Source of the DNA: Porphyridium purpureum
Lineage: Eukaryota
Length of the DNA: 64,000 bases
Reading direction: 5' to 3'
Assembly (NCBI GenBank): GCA_008690995.1
Contig: VRMN01000001.1
Span: 3,100,001-3,164,000, forward strand
Shown: piece after piece, positions 30,126-39,745 of the stretch
Layout: every line of letters starts with the position of its first letter
How positions within the stretch are numbered: position 1 is the first letter of the stretch
Translations under genes and position numbers: made by a program
The notes under the pieces: generated by a model
The model's database searches: none
Told to the model about the DNA's origin: nothing
What the model saw: the letters and a program-made list of their open reading frames with translations, nothing else

Positions 30126-33100
30126 TCAGCTCTCGAGCAGTTCCTCAAGCAAGCTCATGCAAATAAAAAGCATCTGCTCGGCCGTGCATGTAGGCTCAAT
30201 GTCTGCGACCAAATCGAGCTGCGTGCTCTTATCTAGTTTCAGGAACAGAAGCATGATATCTGCCTCAATGACCGACTTGCCGCGCGAAACTGAGCGCGGA
30301 GTCGTACTACCCCAATGATATCTCACAGAATACGCCAGTTTCCCAGGCATTTCTGCGCGGTCTAGCCAGACATGAAGCTTTTTTTCCAACGCATCAAGGA
30401 TAGAACTCACGCGTGCGCGCAGAAGCTCAAGCTCAATCACCGAGCCTCCCAATGTTACCAAGGATGCACACTGCCCTCTTACCAGTCCATGGCCAACATC
30501 TGACCGTCCCAGCGCTCCCTTCTGCATACGAGATACGATCTCCGTGCTGTCAAAGGCGTGCACTTCTGTCAAGTTGCGTGCTGCAGTTCCCAAGGATGAG
30601 AATTCAGCCTCCGAAAACGGGAGCGCCCCGCCGCCTTCCCCATCGCGAACAGGGTTTGGGGCATTTGCCCCAAACGACCTGACCTGTGGTTTCCCCAGCG
30701 AGGCTACGCGTCCCTGCTTGTCAGCAAGTAGAACGAGCGATGACGAGAAGATCAAAGCGTCACTGAGTGGCCGGTACAGCGAGTCGCCGGAGAAATTGAT
30801 AAACTGGTTTCGGTTGCTCAAGACATAGCAGTTCACCGAGTCCTTCTCGTCTCCGACCGCGATAAGGCTGTCCCGAACGCACAAGCTGCAAATCTTTGAT
30901 CGCGTTTTCGTGCGAGCAACTTCAACCAATGTCCGGGCCGATACTGAGCCAGACATGGACTGTGGATCATGCGGCCCAGGAACGAGCGCGAGAGCGACAA
31001 GCGTTTCATTGACTGAACACAGAAGCCGCGAGCTGGTGTTCCCATTGCTGTCAGTAAAACTCAGCTCTGCAAGACAGAACACACCCCCACTGAGTTTCAT
31101 CTCGTATGCAATCGAAGCTGACTTTGATTTGTGTCCTTCCTTGGCCTCCGGCTCGCCACTTGCGTTTTGCCCCTGATTCTGAGGACCTTGCAAAGCCGAC
31201 ATGGAGAGCACGAGAAGTCGACCATAGGCCGCGCGCTTAGACAAGCTCCACGAAGCGGAACACCGGCCAAACGATGTGCCAACACAAAGAAAGCCCTCCC
31301 AAACCCACAGCGCTTGGACCATTTCATCTAGCATGAACTGGAAGGCAAATGGCCCGAACCGGCCACATGCGGGGTCAAAGAAACGGAGGCTAGATTGCAC
31401 GTACGTTGGATGTCGCGCTCGCCCGCCTCTTTGTTCTGGAGCCCCGTCTGCTACAGAGCCCGCCGTTGAGAGGCTCAGAAGCGTGATCTGCCGTTGCAAA
31501 TGCCCACTGAGCCCCTTGCAAGAATGAACATGCTCTGTCGCCACGGCCACAATGTGTGCCGCTTCGTCAGCTTGTTTTTGCCCTTCAGCAGGACCCAACT
31601 CGCGCTGCTCGGAATATTTACTCTGATCTGTCCAGAGCGGAACGAGAGATCTTGGCAGCAGACAGATCCTTTTCGGACTTTCTCGCAGCATGACGCGATC
31701 GCAGTGCATTTGCCCGTTCTGCTCGTTTCCGAAAGCGAGCAAAAACAACCGACCGCCACAAATCACACCCAGCACACTCTGGAATGCATGCTGACCGGGT
31801 AGCTGAATGCAAGAAATTGCTTGGACCACAGACTGGAGAGGCAAGCGGTCGAGAAAAACCCTGGAGGCAAGGATACTGCCTCGACTTTCTCGAATGAGCC
31901 AAGGCTCACTGCTCGCTGCGATGAAAGACGTATCAAAGCCCAATTGAACCGGGAAAAGTCTGACCGGCAAGCTGCCAAGACATCGCGCCGACTCGAGCTC
32001 CATCGCGCCATTCCGCCAAGCAAGGCGAAGAAGTGTTCCGTCACGCAAACCACACAGCACAAAGTGATGACGGTGCAACGGATCCCTCAGACTCACAGAA
32101 GGACACGCGCGCGTGCACGAGCAACTGAATCCCACAACTGATTCAGGCGCAGCCGCCAGACCCAGCTCAGGCCTCCACAGCCTTGGAGTATTCAGTGCAT
32201 CAAGCATCCGCGCTGCGCGTATCGTGGTCGGAGAGCTGAGGTCAAAAGAGCTCACAAAAGACATCGAAGCATCCAACCGCCGAACTTCAATTGCGGCCTT
32301 GTAAGATCCACATAGCAAAAAGAATTCGTCATCCTGGAAAGAAGCGACAGTCATGCAAGAGAGTTCACTTTGCAGGTTTGTCTCGCCCCGCCTTGCAAAG
32401 CCCACTTGCACATCGCGTTCTGCGTTTTGAAAAGAAACATCCATCCAAAGCAATGACACACAATGCACCTCCGAGTGCGGCTCCAGATCCTGCTTCTCTT
32501 GCTGAAGTTGCAAAACTATGCCAATTCCATGCACAGTTGCCGCGGTGACTCGTTTTCCACTCGGACAGGACCAGTCTGCTTTGAATCCATCGGATAAGGT
32601 TGCGCGAACGCCGTCCGAATGGATCTGTATCATTGTTCCATCTGAAACCACTCCAGCTGCGATTGTGCGGCAGTCGGTTCGAAAACCAGAGCTAGCGCTT
32701 TTCTCCAACTTTCCCTCTGTACTTATATCAATCACGCCCGACATTTGCGGGAACGAAAGAAGAATGTGGGTACGCTGTGTGCGGCTTTGCTGCTTTCCAG
32801 CTGATGCATCGTTGAAGGCAAAAATCCCACTGCACCCTAAGAAGTCAGCTCTAGAAGATTCTGCCACGCAAGTGGTTCGCGCTCCATGTCGCAGGATTCG
32901 CAAAGATCCAAAGTGACCGGATCCGCTGCAAAGGTACATGGTTGCACGATCTGATGCAAACTTGAAGTCACGGATCGGGCTCATGTTCAGCGCGTCGTCA
33001 CTTTTAAGCTGCGTGTCTAGAGTTTCTACCTGTTGATTTTCAGAAGAAGTACTGATATCATGTGCCTGGTGCACAACGATTTCACGCAAGGCACCGTCGC

Positions 33101-34556
33101 AGGCATCATTGCTCACGTAGACCAGTCTGTCCGATGCTATCGTCAACGCGTGGCTTGGTCCGATGAGTCCACATGGCAGGATACTCAATTCTGTCAGTCG
33201 AGTGCCGCGCAAGATGTACATATCCATGGCCGATGTCCCGAGCAATAGAACAGGTTCGGGGGCCAGAGCATTCACAGAAACGGGAGCTCTCAGCAGTCCA
33301 GTCGTCCACGACGTTGGCAATGGACATGTAGCTGTTGTAACGTACTCAGAAAGCGCACCTACTGCCGCGTTACTTCGAATGGACGCATCCAGTTGCCAGA
33401 CCCGCTGTTCCGGGTTAATCTCAGACGCTGCATCGCCGCTTTCTCGCGCGAAAGTAATCAGAGAACCCGGATCCCGCCATTTCAAGTCCAAAGGTCTCAT
33501 GTTGCTGTCCCTTTCGGAACGAGAGCTGCAAAGAAAAGACATGTCCAACACCGAGACGTGGCCTTGGAAAAGAAGGGCCATCAGATTTGTTTGTACGAGT
33601 GCGGCAACACCCACGGCCAGGCGCTCTTTCTCCGGCGTTTGAGACGCCGGATTAAAGTACTCGCGCAACCACGTTCGCACCTCTACTTTTGCAGTCACCG
33701 CGTAATCCGGAGGCAATAAGGTCGCAAAGCCAGCTTGCGCGGTCGTATTCATGCCCAGCCGGTATATACAAAGCTCCTGTTGTCCCTCCACCTGCCGAAT
33801 GACACATAGGAATGGAGAGGCTTCGTCCTGGACATGAAGAAAGTCCATGTCTACAATGACACCTTCAATCGTCAAATGGATAGGCTGCGCGTGACTCAAG
33901 TTGAGTGCGTGTCGATGTCGCGGCAGAGTCTGTGGCAACAGAGTTCCGCGCAGAGCATATAGGCTCACGTGAGACTGCAAGGCGGCCACTGCAACAAATT
34001 GTGACTCGCAATCTGCGACAATATGGACGCGCGTACTTCTCGCAGTGTTGATGCCGAAGAAGACGTCGGCGCTCGTGCGAAATTCGGGCGCAGTCTCGAC
34101 GTCAACCGCAGAGATAGTGCAAAACCCGACGGACGCATCCAAAGTACTACTGCGCGCTTCACTCCAGTGAATCACATGCAACTGCCCGTGCGATACGAGC
34201 GCCACTGCATCAGCGTGATCACGCGAACTGCCGGTGTCTGCACACAAAAGCTTTGCGCTACCACGCAACACGCACATTGCGTCAATACGCGCAAACATGT
34301 TGAGCGTATCCAGCAGCCCGAGACGTGTGCGGCCACTTGCGCCTGCCTCCTTCCCCGGCGCATCACTCTGCACGCCATGCACAGTCAAGTACTCGCCTGC
34401 GGCCTGCACAACGACGCCTTCTCGAATCACAGCCACGCTGGTCAATGCGGAGGGAAGCACACGCGTCCTCTTGAACAAGCTGGCGCGCGGCTCGGCGCCT
34501 TCTTCGTGGCGCACACGCTCTCGCGCACCTGAACCTTCGCCATCCTTCAACGCCAT
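30126..34556 (-). CDS. DDB1/SF3B3(RSE1)/CPSF1-family triple beta-propeller protein
   Basis: About 1477 aa; NMSPIRDF...YLCSGSGHFGSLRILRHG, GFRTDCRTIAAG, IQIHSDGVR, CGLRDGTLL, IAVGDEKDSV, KSVIEAD resemble this family. Confidence 0.8.
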   Translation of the reverse strand: MALKDGEGSGARERVRHEEGAEPRASLFKRTRVLPSALTSVAVIREGVVVQAAGEYLTVHGVQSDAPGKEAGASGRTRLGLLDTLNMFARIDAMCVLRGSAKLLCADTGSSRDHADAVALVSHGQLHVIHWSEARSSTLDASVGFCTISAVDVETAPEFRTSADVFFGINTARSTRVHIVADCESQFVAVAALQSHVSLYALRGTLLPQTLPRHRHALNLSHAQPIHLTIEGVIVDMDFLHVQDEASPFLCVIRQVEGQQELCIYRLGMNTTAQAGFATLLPPDYAVTAKVEVRTWLREYFNPASQTPEKERLAVGVAALVQTNLMALLFQGHVSVLDMSFLCSSRSERDSNMRPLDLKWRDPGSLITFARESGDAASEINPEQRVWQLDASIRSNAAVGALSEYVTTATCPLPTSWTTGLLRAPVSVNALAPEPVLLLGTSAMDMYILRGTRLTELSILPCGLIGPSHALTIASDRLVYVSNDACDGALREIVVHQAHDISTSSENQQVETLDTQLKSDDALNMSPIRDFKFASDRATMYLCSGSGHFGSLRILRHGARTTCVAESSRADFLGCSGIFAFNDASAGKQQSRTQRTHILLSFPQMSGVIDISTEGKLEKSASSGFRTDCRTIAAGVVSDGTMIQIHSDGVRATLSDGFKADWSCPSGKRVTAATVHGIGIVLQLQQEKQDLEPHSEVHCVSLLWMDVSFQNAERDVQVGFARRGETNLQSELSCMTVASFQDDEFFLLCGSYKAAIEVRRLDASMSFVSSFDLSSPTTIRAARMLDALNTPRLWRPELGLAAAPESVVGFSCSCTRACPSVSLRDPLHRHHFVLCGLRDGTLLRLAWRNGAMELESARCLGSLPVRLFPVQLGFDTSFIAASSEPWLIRESRGSILASRVFLDRLPLQSVVQAISCIQLPGQHAFQSVLGVICGGRLFLLAFGNEQNGQMHCDRVMLRESPKRICLLPRSLVPLWTDQSKYSEQRELGPAEGQKQADEAAHIVAVATEHVHSCKGLSGHLQRQITLLSLSTAGSVADGAPEQRGGRARHPTYVQSSLRFFDPACGRFGPFAFQFMLDEMVQALWVWEGFLCVGTSFGRCSASWSLSKRAAYGRLLVLSMSALQGPQNQGQNASGEPEAKEGHKSKSASIAYEMKLSGGVFCLAELSFTDSNGNTSSRLLCSVNETLVALALVPGPHDPQSMSGSVSARTLVEVARTKTRSKICSLCVRDSLIAVGDEKDSVNCYVLSNRNQFINFSGDSLYRPLSDALIFSSSLVLLADKQGRVASLGKPQVRSFGANAPNPVRDGEGGGALPFSEAEFSSLGTAARNLTEVHAFDSTEIVSRMQKGALGRSDVGHGLVRGQCASLVTLGGSVIELELLRARVSSILDALEKKLHVWLDRAEMPGKLAYSVRYHWGSTTPRSVSRGKSVIEADIMLLFLKLDKSTQLDLVADIEPTCTAEQMLFICMSLLEELLES

Positions 34557-34623
34557 GCTTGATCCACATCCCCTCTCCCTTCGTCTTTCATCCTCTGTAG
34601 TTTCCCCGTGCAATCGACTCAGT

Positions 34624-34661
34624 CCCGGAACCCGGGAACCCGGGAAACCGGGAAACCGGGA
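34624..34661. repeat. Short CCGGGAA(A/C) tandem repeat in divergent intergenic region
   Basis: cccggaacccgggaacccgggaaaccgggaaaccggga. Confidence 0.75.
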
Positions 34662-34853
34662 GGGGAAAAAGCGCGCCAAAAAAAAGAAAGGAAAAACACG
34701 GAAACGTGCGTGCGCTATGTTGGCGCAGTGGATGAGGGAGGGCGGTGGGGAAATGATGCATCGTGTGGCAAAATATGCGCGTCACGGGCACCTTGCGCGT
34801 TGCCGGGTTGACGCGGCCACGCCGGAAGGGAGCTGAATGTGGCCGCGTGGACC

Positions 34854-36035
34854 ATGCGGACGTTTGGCATGGTGTGCGCGCGGAAACGTGTCTACCTGTT
34901 TGATGACGAGGGCGGTGGCGATGATGGCTCTGACCGCACCCGCGAGGGAGAAGAAATGCGCGGTCTAAGTGGAGCCCAGGAGAAGAGAAGGCAAGATGGT
35001 GGTCTTTCGCATTGTCGTCGAGAACAGAGTAATGGAGAGCCTGGCAGAGAGCTGCGAGAGGTCTGTGCGGAATGTGTCAGAGACGGACAGCAACCCATAG
35101 GTCCACCGGCAAACGCGGCGTCGGATGGCGGCAGCTGCGAGGCCAAGGATATGTCGCAGGTCGATCATATGGAAAAGTCCGAGCGGTCAAAGCGAAAGCG
35201 CACGCTCGAAAAAGATTCAACGCTGCAAGCGCGGCCGCGGAGGCTCGTGCAGCTGTATCTGGATGTTGGCCAAAAAGCGTTTGGTGGAGCCGAGTGTGCC
35301 GAGTGCGGAATGGTATACAATCAGGGCGAGAGGAACGATGAGCGCGAGCACAGCCTGTTTCACCGGCAGGCTCTGTTGCACAAGCAGCTTCAGCTCGATG
35401 ACCGGCTCATTGGCGCGCTGTCCGTACCGCCCACGTTGCACCAACATCACCAGCTGGAGTCGAGCGCAAGGATCTTGCTAGTGCCTGGTGCAGAGCGACT
35501 GCGAAAATCAATCGTAGATGTGCTTGAGCGCATAGACTCACGCGTAGCCGAAGATATGGGCGCCATGATGTTATTGCGCAAGCTGCAGGCGCGCCGCTCT
35601 GACGCTATGCTTTTTGCGTCGATCGGGAAGTGCCGTCGCGTCCAAGCAATTGTACTTGTAGAGCGAATCGAGCGAAGCACGAGAGTGCGCGTCGAGTCCC
35701 TGTGCAGTGATTCCTCTGCGACAGCTCCGGTCGCGTTTGCTCGAGCACAGATTCCGAGCGTGGAGACCCAACCAGCAGTGTGCGGGTTTTATTGTGTCTG
35801 GGTTCCGGCATCGCACCGGAGACAAGGCTTGGCCTCTGAGCTTCTCTCTGTCGCCTTGCTTGAGTTTGGTAGACGTGTGCTTCCTGGCAGGAGTGCAATG
35901 CTGCGCCGCGAAGAGTGTGCTTTTAGCGCACCGACCAGTCAAGGGCTGGCGCTGGCACGCAGTTTCTTCGGTCCGACTTCGAATTATATTTATACGTACT
36001 CCCTACAAGGTGTGACTGAGCTGAGCGGCATGTAA
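34854..36035 (+). CDS. ECO1: Eco1/ESCO cohesin acetyltransferase
   Basis: QLYLDVGQ PIP-like motif, CAECGMVY...DEREH...FH zinc finger, CGFYCVWV...RRQGLA, AFSAPTSQG. Confidence 0.92.
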   Translation: MRTFGMVCARKRVYLFDDEGGGDDGSDRTREGEEMRGLSGAQEKRRQDGGLSHCRREQSNGEPGRELREVCAECVRDGQQPIGPPANAASDGGSCEAKDMSQVDHMEKSERSKRKRTLEKDSTLQARPRRLVQLYLDVGQKAFGGAECAECGMVYNQGERNDEREHSLFHRQALLHKQLQLDDRLIGALSVPPTLHQHHQLESSARILLVPGAERLRKSIVDVLERIDSRVAEDMGAMMLLRKLQARRSDAMLFASIGKCRRVQAIVLVERIERSTRVRVESLCSDSSATAPVAFARAQIPSVETQPAVCGFYCVWVPASHRRQGLASELLSVALLEFGRRVLPGRSAMLRREECAFSAPTSQGLALARSFFGPTSNYIYTYSLQGVTELSGM

Positions 36036-36737
36036 ATAATACGCTATTGCGTTCGGTATCAACTCATGCAAGAAGACCAGTCCGAGATCAAACTCGTCCT
36101 CTTCGTCTAGGAACCAGTCAAAGAACGACGGGTCCTGGCCGTCCACCAGACTCTGTCCAGGCCGCCATTGTACTGCGCTCGACGAGACCTGCTGCGTTTC
36201 GTTTACGCGCACGAAGCTTTTGACGAGTAGCTTGTCCGCAAACCACTCATTCTCCGCAAAATGAAATTGAAGCGAGAATCCCTTGCACGATTCACGCGCT
36301 GCGGATGCCGGTACTGATGCTGGCGCTGCGCCACGTCCACTATAAGCACTGTGCAAGCGCGGCGGGTCTGCGACCCAGCTCAGCGAGACGTGCTCCAAGT
36401 AGGCGAGTGGCTCTACGTCGTCCTGCATGACGAGCAGCTGCGTGTGCGGGTGGCCCAAGAGGACGTGCAACCAAAATCGGTCCAGCAATGCCACCAATGC
36501 CTTCCGTGCATCATACAGTGGCTCCCTGAGCGCATGCAGCTGCCTTTCCGCGCTAAACGTGTTATCGTGCCGTGTCATCATGTCTGCGCCCGCACCACGC
36601 ATTCCATGTTTCAAAACCTGCCCACTGCCTCCATGCGCAGCCTGTGCATGGCCTGTCAAACCGGCGCCGACCGCCGCAAACTGCTTGTCTAGCTGTAGCA
36701 GCTGATCCAGTACCACGCGCCGCTTGTCTTGTCCCAT
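36003..36737 (-). CDS. NAP/SET-family histone chaperone
   Basis: FWLHVLLGHP, FSLQFHFAENEWF...LVKSF, VQWRPG, SFFDWF, ELIPNAIAYY. Confidence 0.85.
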   Translation of the reverse strand: MGQDKRRVVLDQLLQLDKQFAAVGAGLTGHAQAAHGGSGQVLKHGMRGAGADMMTRHDNTFSAERQLHALREPLYDARKALVALLDRFWLHVLLGHPHTQLLVMQDDVEPLAYLEHVSLSWVADPPRLHSAYSGRGAAPASVPASAARESCKGFSLQFHFAENEWFADKLLVKSFVRVNETQQVSSSAVQWRPGQSLVDGQDPSFFDWFLDEEDEFDLGLVFLHELIPNAIAYYLHAAQLSHTL

Positions 36738-36868
36738 CGTGTTCCAGAACGGCGCTTCGAGCTCACCACACGCCTGCCCTCACAAACCGCGGTCGTGAGT
36801 GTGCCTCTTTACTCGACAAGCGCGGGAAGGAGTGGGGCAACGTGCGAGTGGGCGCACACGCACTCGCA

Positions 36869-39571
36869 ATGGAGGGAAGGACATATGTTATGCAGAATCG
36901 CGACGAAGCGCAAGCATTTGCAGGGCAGCTGACGCCGGAAGCGTACAAAGCAGCCGGCCTGGCCGACTCTTCGACGGCGATAGTTCTGGATATGGGCTCG
37001 AGTATGGTACGCGCAGGATACTCGTCCGAGAGCGCGCCTCGACTGATATTCCCGCCGGTCGTGACGCGCGGCAGGGAGCGGCGCAAGCGGAATGGGGTGT
37101 GGGACGAAGTCGATGTTTCGAAGAAGAACTTTGTAGGATACGAGGCATTCGGCGCCTTTGCGCGGTCTGGCGCTCGTAGCTTGTTCGAAGGGAATCTCAT
37201 GCTGAACAACTATCTGATTGAGCGCTTGTTTGACGAGGTTCTCGTCAAGCTTGGCTTAGCCGAGGAATCTGAAATAATGCATCCCTTTGTGGTGACCGAG
37301 ACTGTGTGCCAGCCGAACAAGATTCGCGCATCGGTTGTCGAGATCCTTTTTGAGGCTTACAATGCCATTGGCGTCGTGCTCGGTATTGACGCCTTATTCA
37401 GTTATTTGTATAATTCCCACAAGGACGCTAGTGGCAGCAAGGAAGGACCCATCGGATTCCGTCGAGAGTGCGCGCTTATTGTGGATTCGTCACATACTGC
37501 AACCCACGTGTTGCCGATTGTCAACCGTAAGCTCGCGGGCTCGAGCTGCAAACGTATTTTGGTGGGCGGACAGCAGCAGACGAACACACTGCAAAAGCGC
37601 TTGCAAATGAACTTCCCACACCATGCGGCCGCACTCACGGCCGCTCGTGCTGAGATGGTGAAGGAAAACGTTTGTGAGACGATTCCGACGCCATTCTACG
37701 CAGACTTTTTGCAAAAGCTGCGTGCTGATCAAGACGCATTTGAGCGTCTCAAGGTCACGTTGAAAGTACCAGACGCCTTGCTTCCAGGTAGCGCTGGTAC
37801 GGCGTCACCCGTTGAGGTCAGCCCGGAAGAAATCGAGCGCAAGAAGCAACTTCGAGCGGAGGCTGGTCGACGCTTGTTTGAAATGATGCAAGCAAAGCGG
37901 CGAGCAAACCAAGCTGCTGCAGGGGGGAATGGGGCTGACGGAGATAAGACGGGTGATTCGACTGGTCGGTGGAAGCGCGGCAAGCTACGCGCGATTTTCA
38001 CAAGACAAGAAGCCGATTTAATGTTCGAACCCTTGGAGGATTTGTTTGAACTTGAATCAGTGCTCTCTCTTCTCGAAATTGTCGTTCAGAGGCAGTCTGA
38101 GCGCGACGTACTTGCTGATTACGAAAGTTTAGGTGCAAATGGCTCCTCTGCAGCTGCACTTCCCTCTGGTCCTGGCGCTGCAGGTGCAAACGCGAACCCC
38201 ACTGGTGCGAGTTCGACAACCGCATTAGGTGTCACTGGTAGTACGTTGCCCGCCACAGCCGATGGAGCCAGTGATCCGGCGGCAAAACTGGACGCGGCCA
38301 ACGAGCGGCTGATCTTTCAAGCGGAAGATGCTTTCTACCGCGCAGTTGTGAAGAGAAAGTGTCGTTCAGTGGACCAACTTAAGCACGATATAATCCGTGC
38401 TGTTGAGGCCGTGGAAAGGGCGAAAAAACTGGTGAATAATGGTGACAAAGTTAATGCGATTCTGGAAGCCTTTCGGAATAAGAAGGCAGATGACGCGTTG
38501 CTTGCTACTGCGGATAACAAATTGACCGTGGAACAGATCAAAGAGAAGCGAAGGTTGCGCGTTACGAGAGCTGCGAACGCGGTTCGCGACAAGGCGCGAG
38601 AACAACGCGAAGCCGAAAAGCAGCGGTTGGCGGACGAGATGGCGCGGCGACTTCAATTCAAAGAAGAAGATCCAGAAGCCTATCTAAAGGAACTGCGAGC
38701 CGAGCGCGACGAGCTTTTAAATCGGATCAAGCGACGCGAGGCTGCTCGCCTCTCTGGCTCAGACCGTCGCAGCCTGGCGTCTCGCAACCGCATGCGCTTA
38801 CTCGCGCAGCAAGCTGACGGTGGCGCAGGTGGCCCCAAGGGTGGGAGTGATACATTTGGTATGAACGACTCTGATTGGGACGTGTACCGGGACATGCAGG
38901 GCGATAACAGTGAAGAAGAAGATGAGGAAGCCACGCGTCTGGAGAAGATTGACGAAGAGATTCTCAGTATGGTTCCGCATGACGAAATTTACAAGAAACC
39001 GAGAGGCTTTGATGGGTTATTTTACGTCCCGGACAGTCTAGACGAGATCCCGCTCGTATTCGATCGCTTTCGCACGATGGAAACTGTGTGGCAGCCGAGC
39101 ATCATCGGCGTAGATCAGGTGGGGCTGGCTGAAGCGATGACCCTCTCAATCAACTCTTTGCCAGAGTCACTTCGGCCGGTGATCGTTCAAGAAGTTTTTC
39201 TCACAGGTGGGGTATGCAACTCGCCCGGATTTCAAGACCGCGTGTATAATGAACTGCGCATGGCTATGCCTAGTGGTTGGGGCGACAAGATTCAAACGTG
39301 GACAGCGGCTGATCCGTCACTGGATGCATGGCGTGGTGCCGCGCTCTTTGCCCAAAAGGGCGAGGGTGCGTTCCGGGACGCGCTCATCTCGCGCCAGGAC
39401 TATGAGGAAATGGGCGCTGAATACCTGAAGGAGCACCTGTGCAGCAATCAGTACGTCCCGTCTCCCCCAGAGGCCAAGGATCCCGATAACTACACAAGGC
39501 GCAAGGACAGCAAGAAGCGACGCAAAGATCGCGAGCTCGCCGCGCGCGTCGGACTGCCGAGCAGCTCGTAA
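36869..39571 (+). CDS. ARP5: Actin-related protein 5 (INO80 complex)
   Basis: IVLDMGSSMVRAG actin fold, GIDALFS, long charged insertion, DTFGMNDSDWDVY, QPSIIGVDQVGL, LDAWRGA, EYLKEH. Confidence 0.92.
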   Translation: MEGRTYVMQNRDEAQAFAGQLTPEAYKAAGLADSSTAIVLDMGSSMVRAGYSSESAPRLIFPPVVTRGRERRKRNGVWDEVDVSKKNFVGYEAFGAFARSGARSLFEGNLMLNNYLIERLFDEVLVKLGLAEESEIMHPFVVTETVCQPNKIRASVVEILFEAYNAIGVVLGIDALFSYLYNSHKDASGSKEGPIGFRRECALIVDSSHTATHVLPIVNRKLAGSSCKRILVGGQQQTNTLQKRLQMNFPHHAAALTAARAEMVKENVCETIPTPFYADFLQKLRADQDAFERLKVTLKVPDALLPGSAGTASPVEVSPEEIERKKQLRAEAGRRLFEMMQAKRRANQAAAGGNGADGDKTGDSTGRWKRGKLRAIFTRQEADLMFEPLEDLFELESVLSLLEIVVQRQSERDVLADYESLGANGSSAAALPSGPGAAGANANPTGASSTTALGVTGSTLPATADGASDPAAKLDAANERLIFQAEDAFYRAVVKRKCRSVDQLKHDIIRAVEAVERAKKLVNNGDKVNAILEAFRNKKADDALLATADNKLTVEQIKEKRRLRVTRAANAVRDKAREQREAEKQRLADEMARRLQFKEEDPEAYLKELRAERDELLNRIKRREAARLSGSDRRSLASRNRMRLLAQQADGGAGGPKGGSDTFGMNDSDWDVYRDMQGDNSEEEDEEATRLEKIDEEILSMVPHDEIYKKPRGFDGLFYVPDSLDEIPLVFDRFRTMETVWQPSIIGVDQVGLAEAMTLSINSLPESLRPVIVQEVFLTGGVCNSPGFQDRVYNELRMAMPSGWGDKIQTWTAADPSLDAWRGAALFAQKGEGAFRDALISRQDYEEMGAEYLKEHLCSNQYVPSPPEAKDPDNYTRRKDSKKRRKDRELAARVGLPSSS

Positions 39572-39745
39572 ATGACCGTGAATGTTGCACGGCACAGACT
39601 CTGTCTGGTGCATTCTTCTTGGCCGCTTCAAACACATTCAATTATCTGATCCAGAAGAATAAATATGAATCCCGTGGATGTTTTTGGTTACGGTGGCGTG
39701 GTTGGACGTGCAAAACAGTTCGAGTGCTTCGGCCAGCGCGGAGAC

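Noticed and set aside
36572..36868. ARP5 N-terminal extension overlapping the NAP gene
   Set aside because: Antisense read-through; actin-fold similarity starts after the ATG at 36869.
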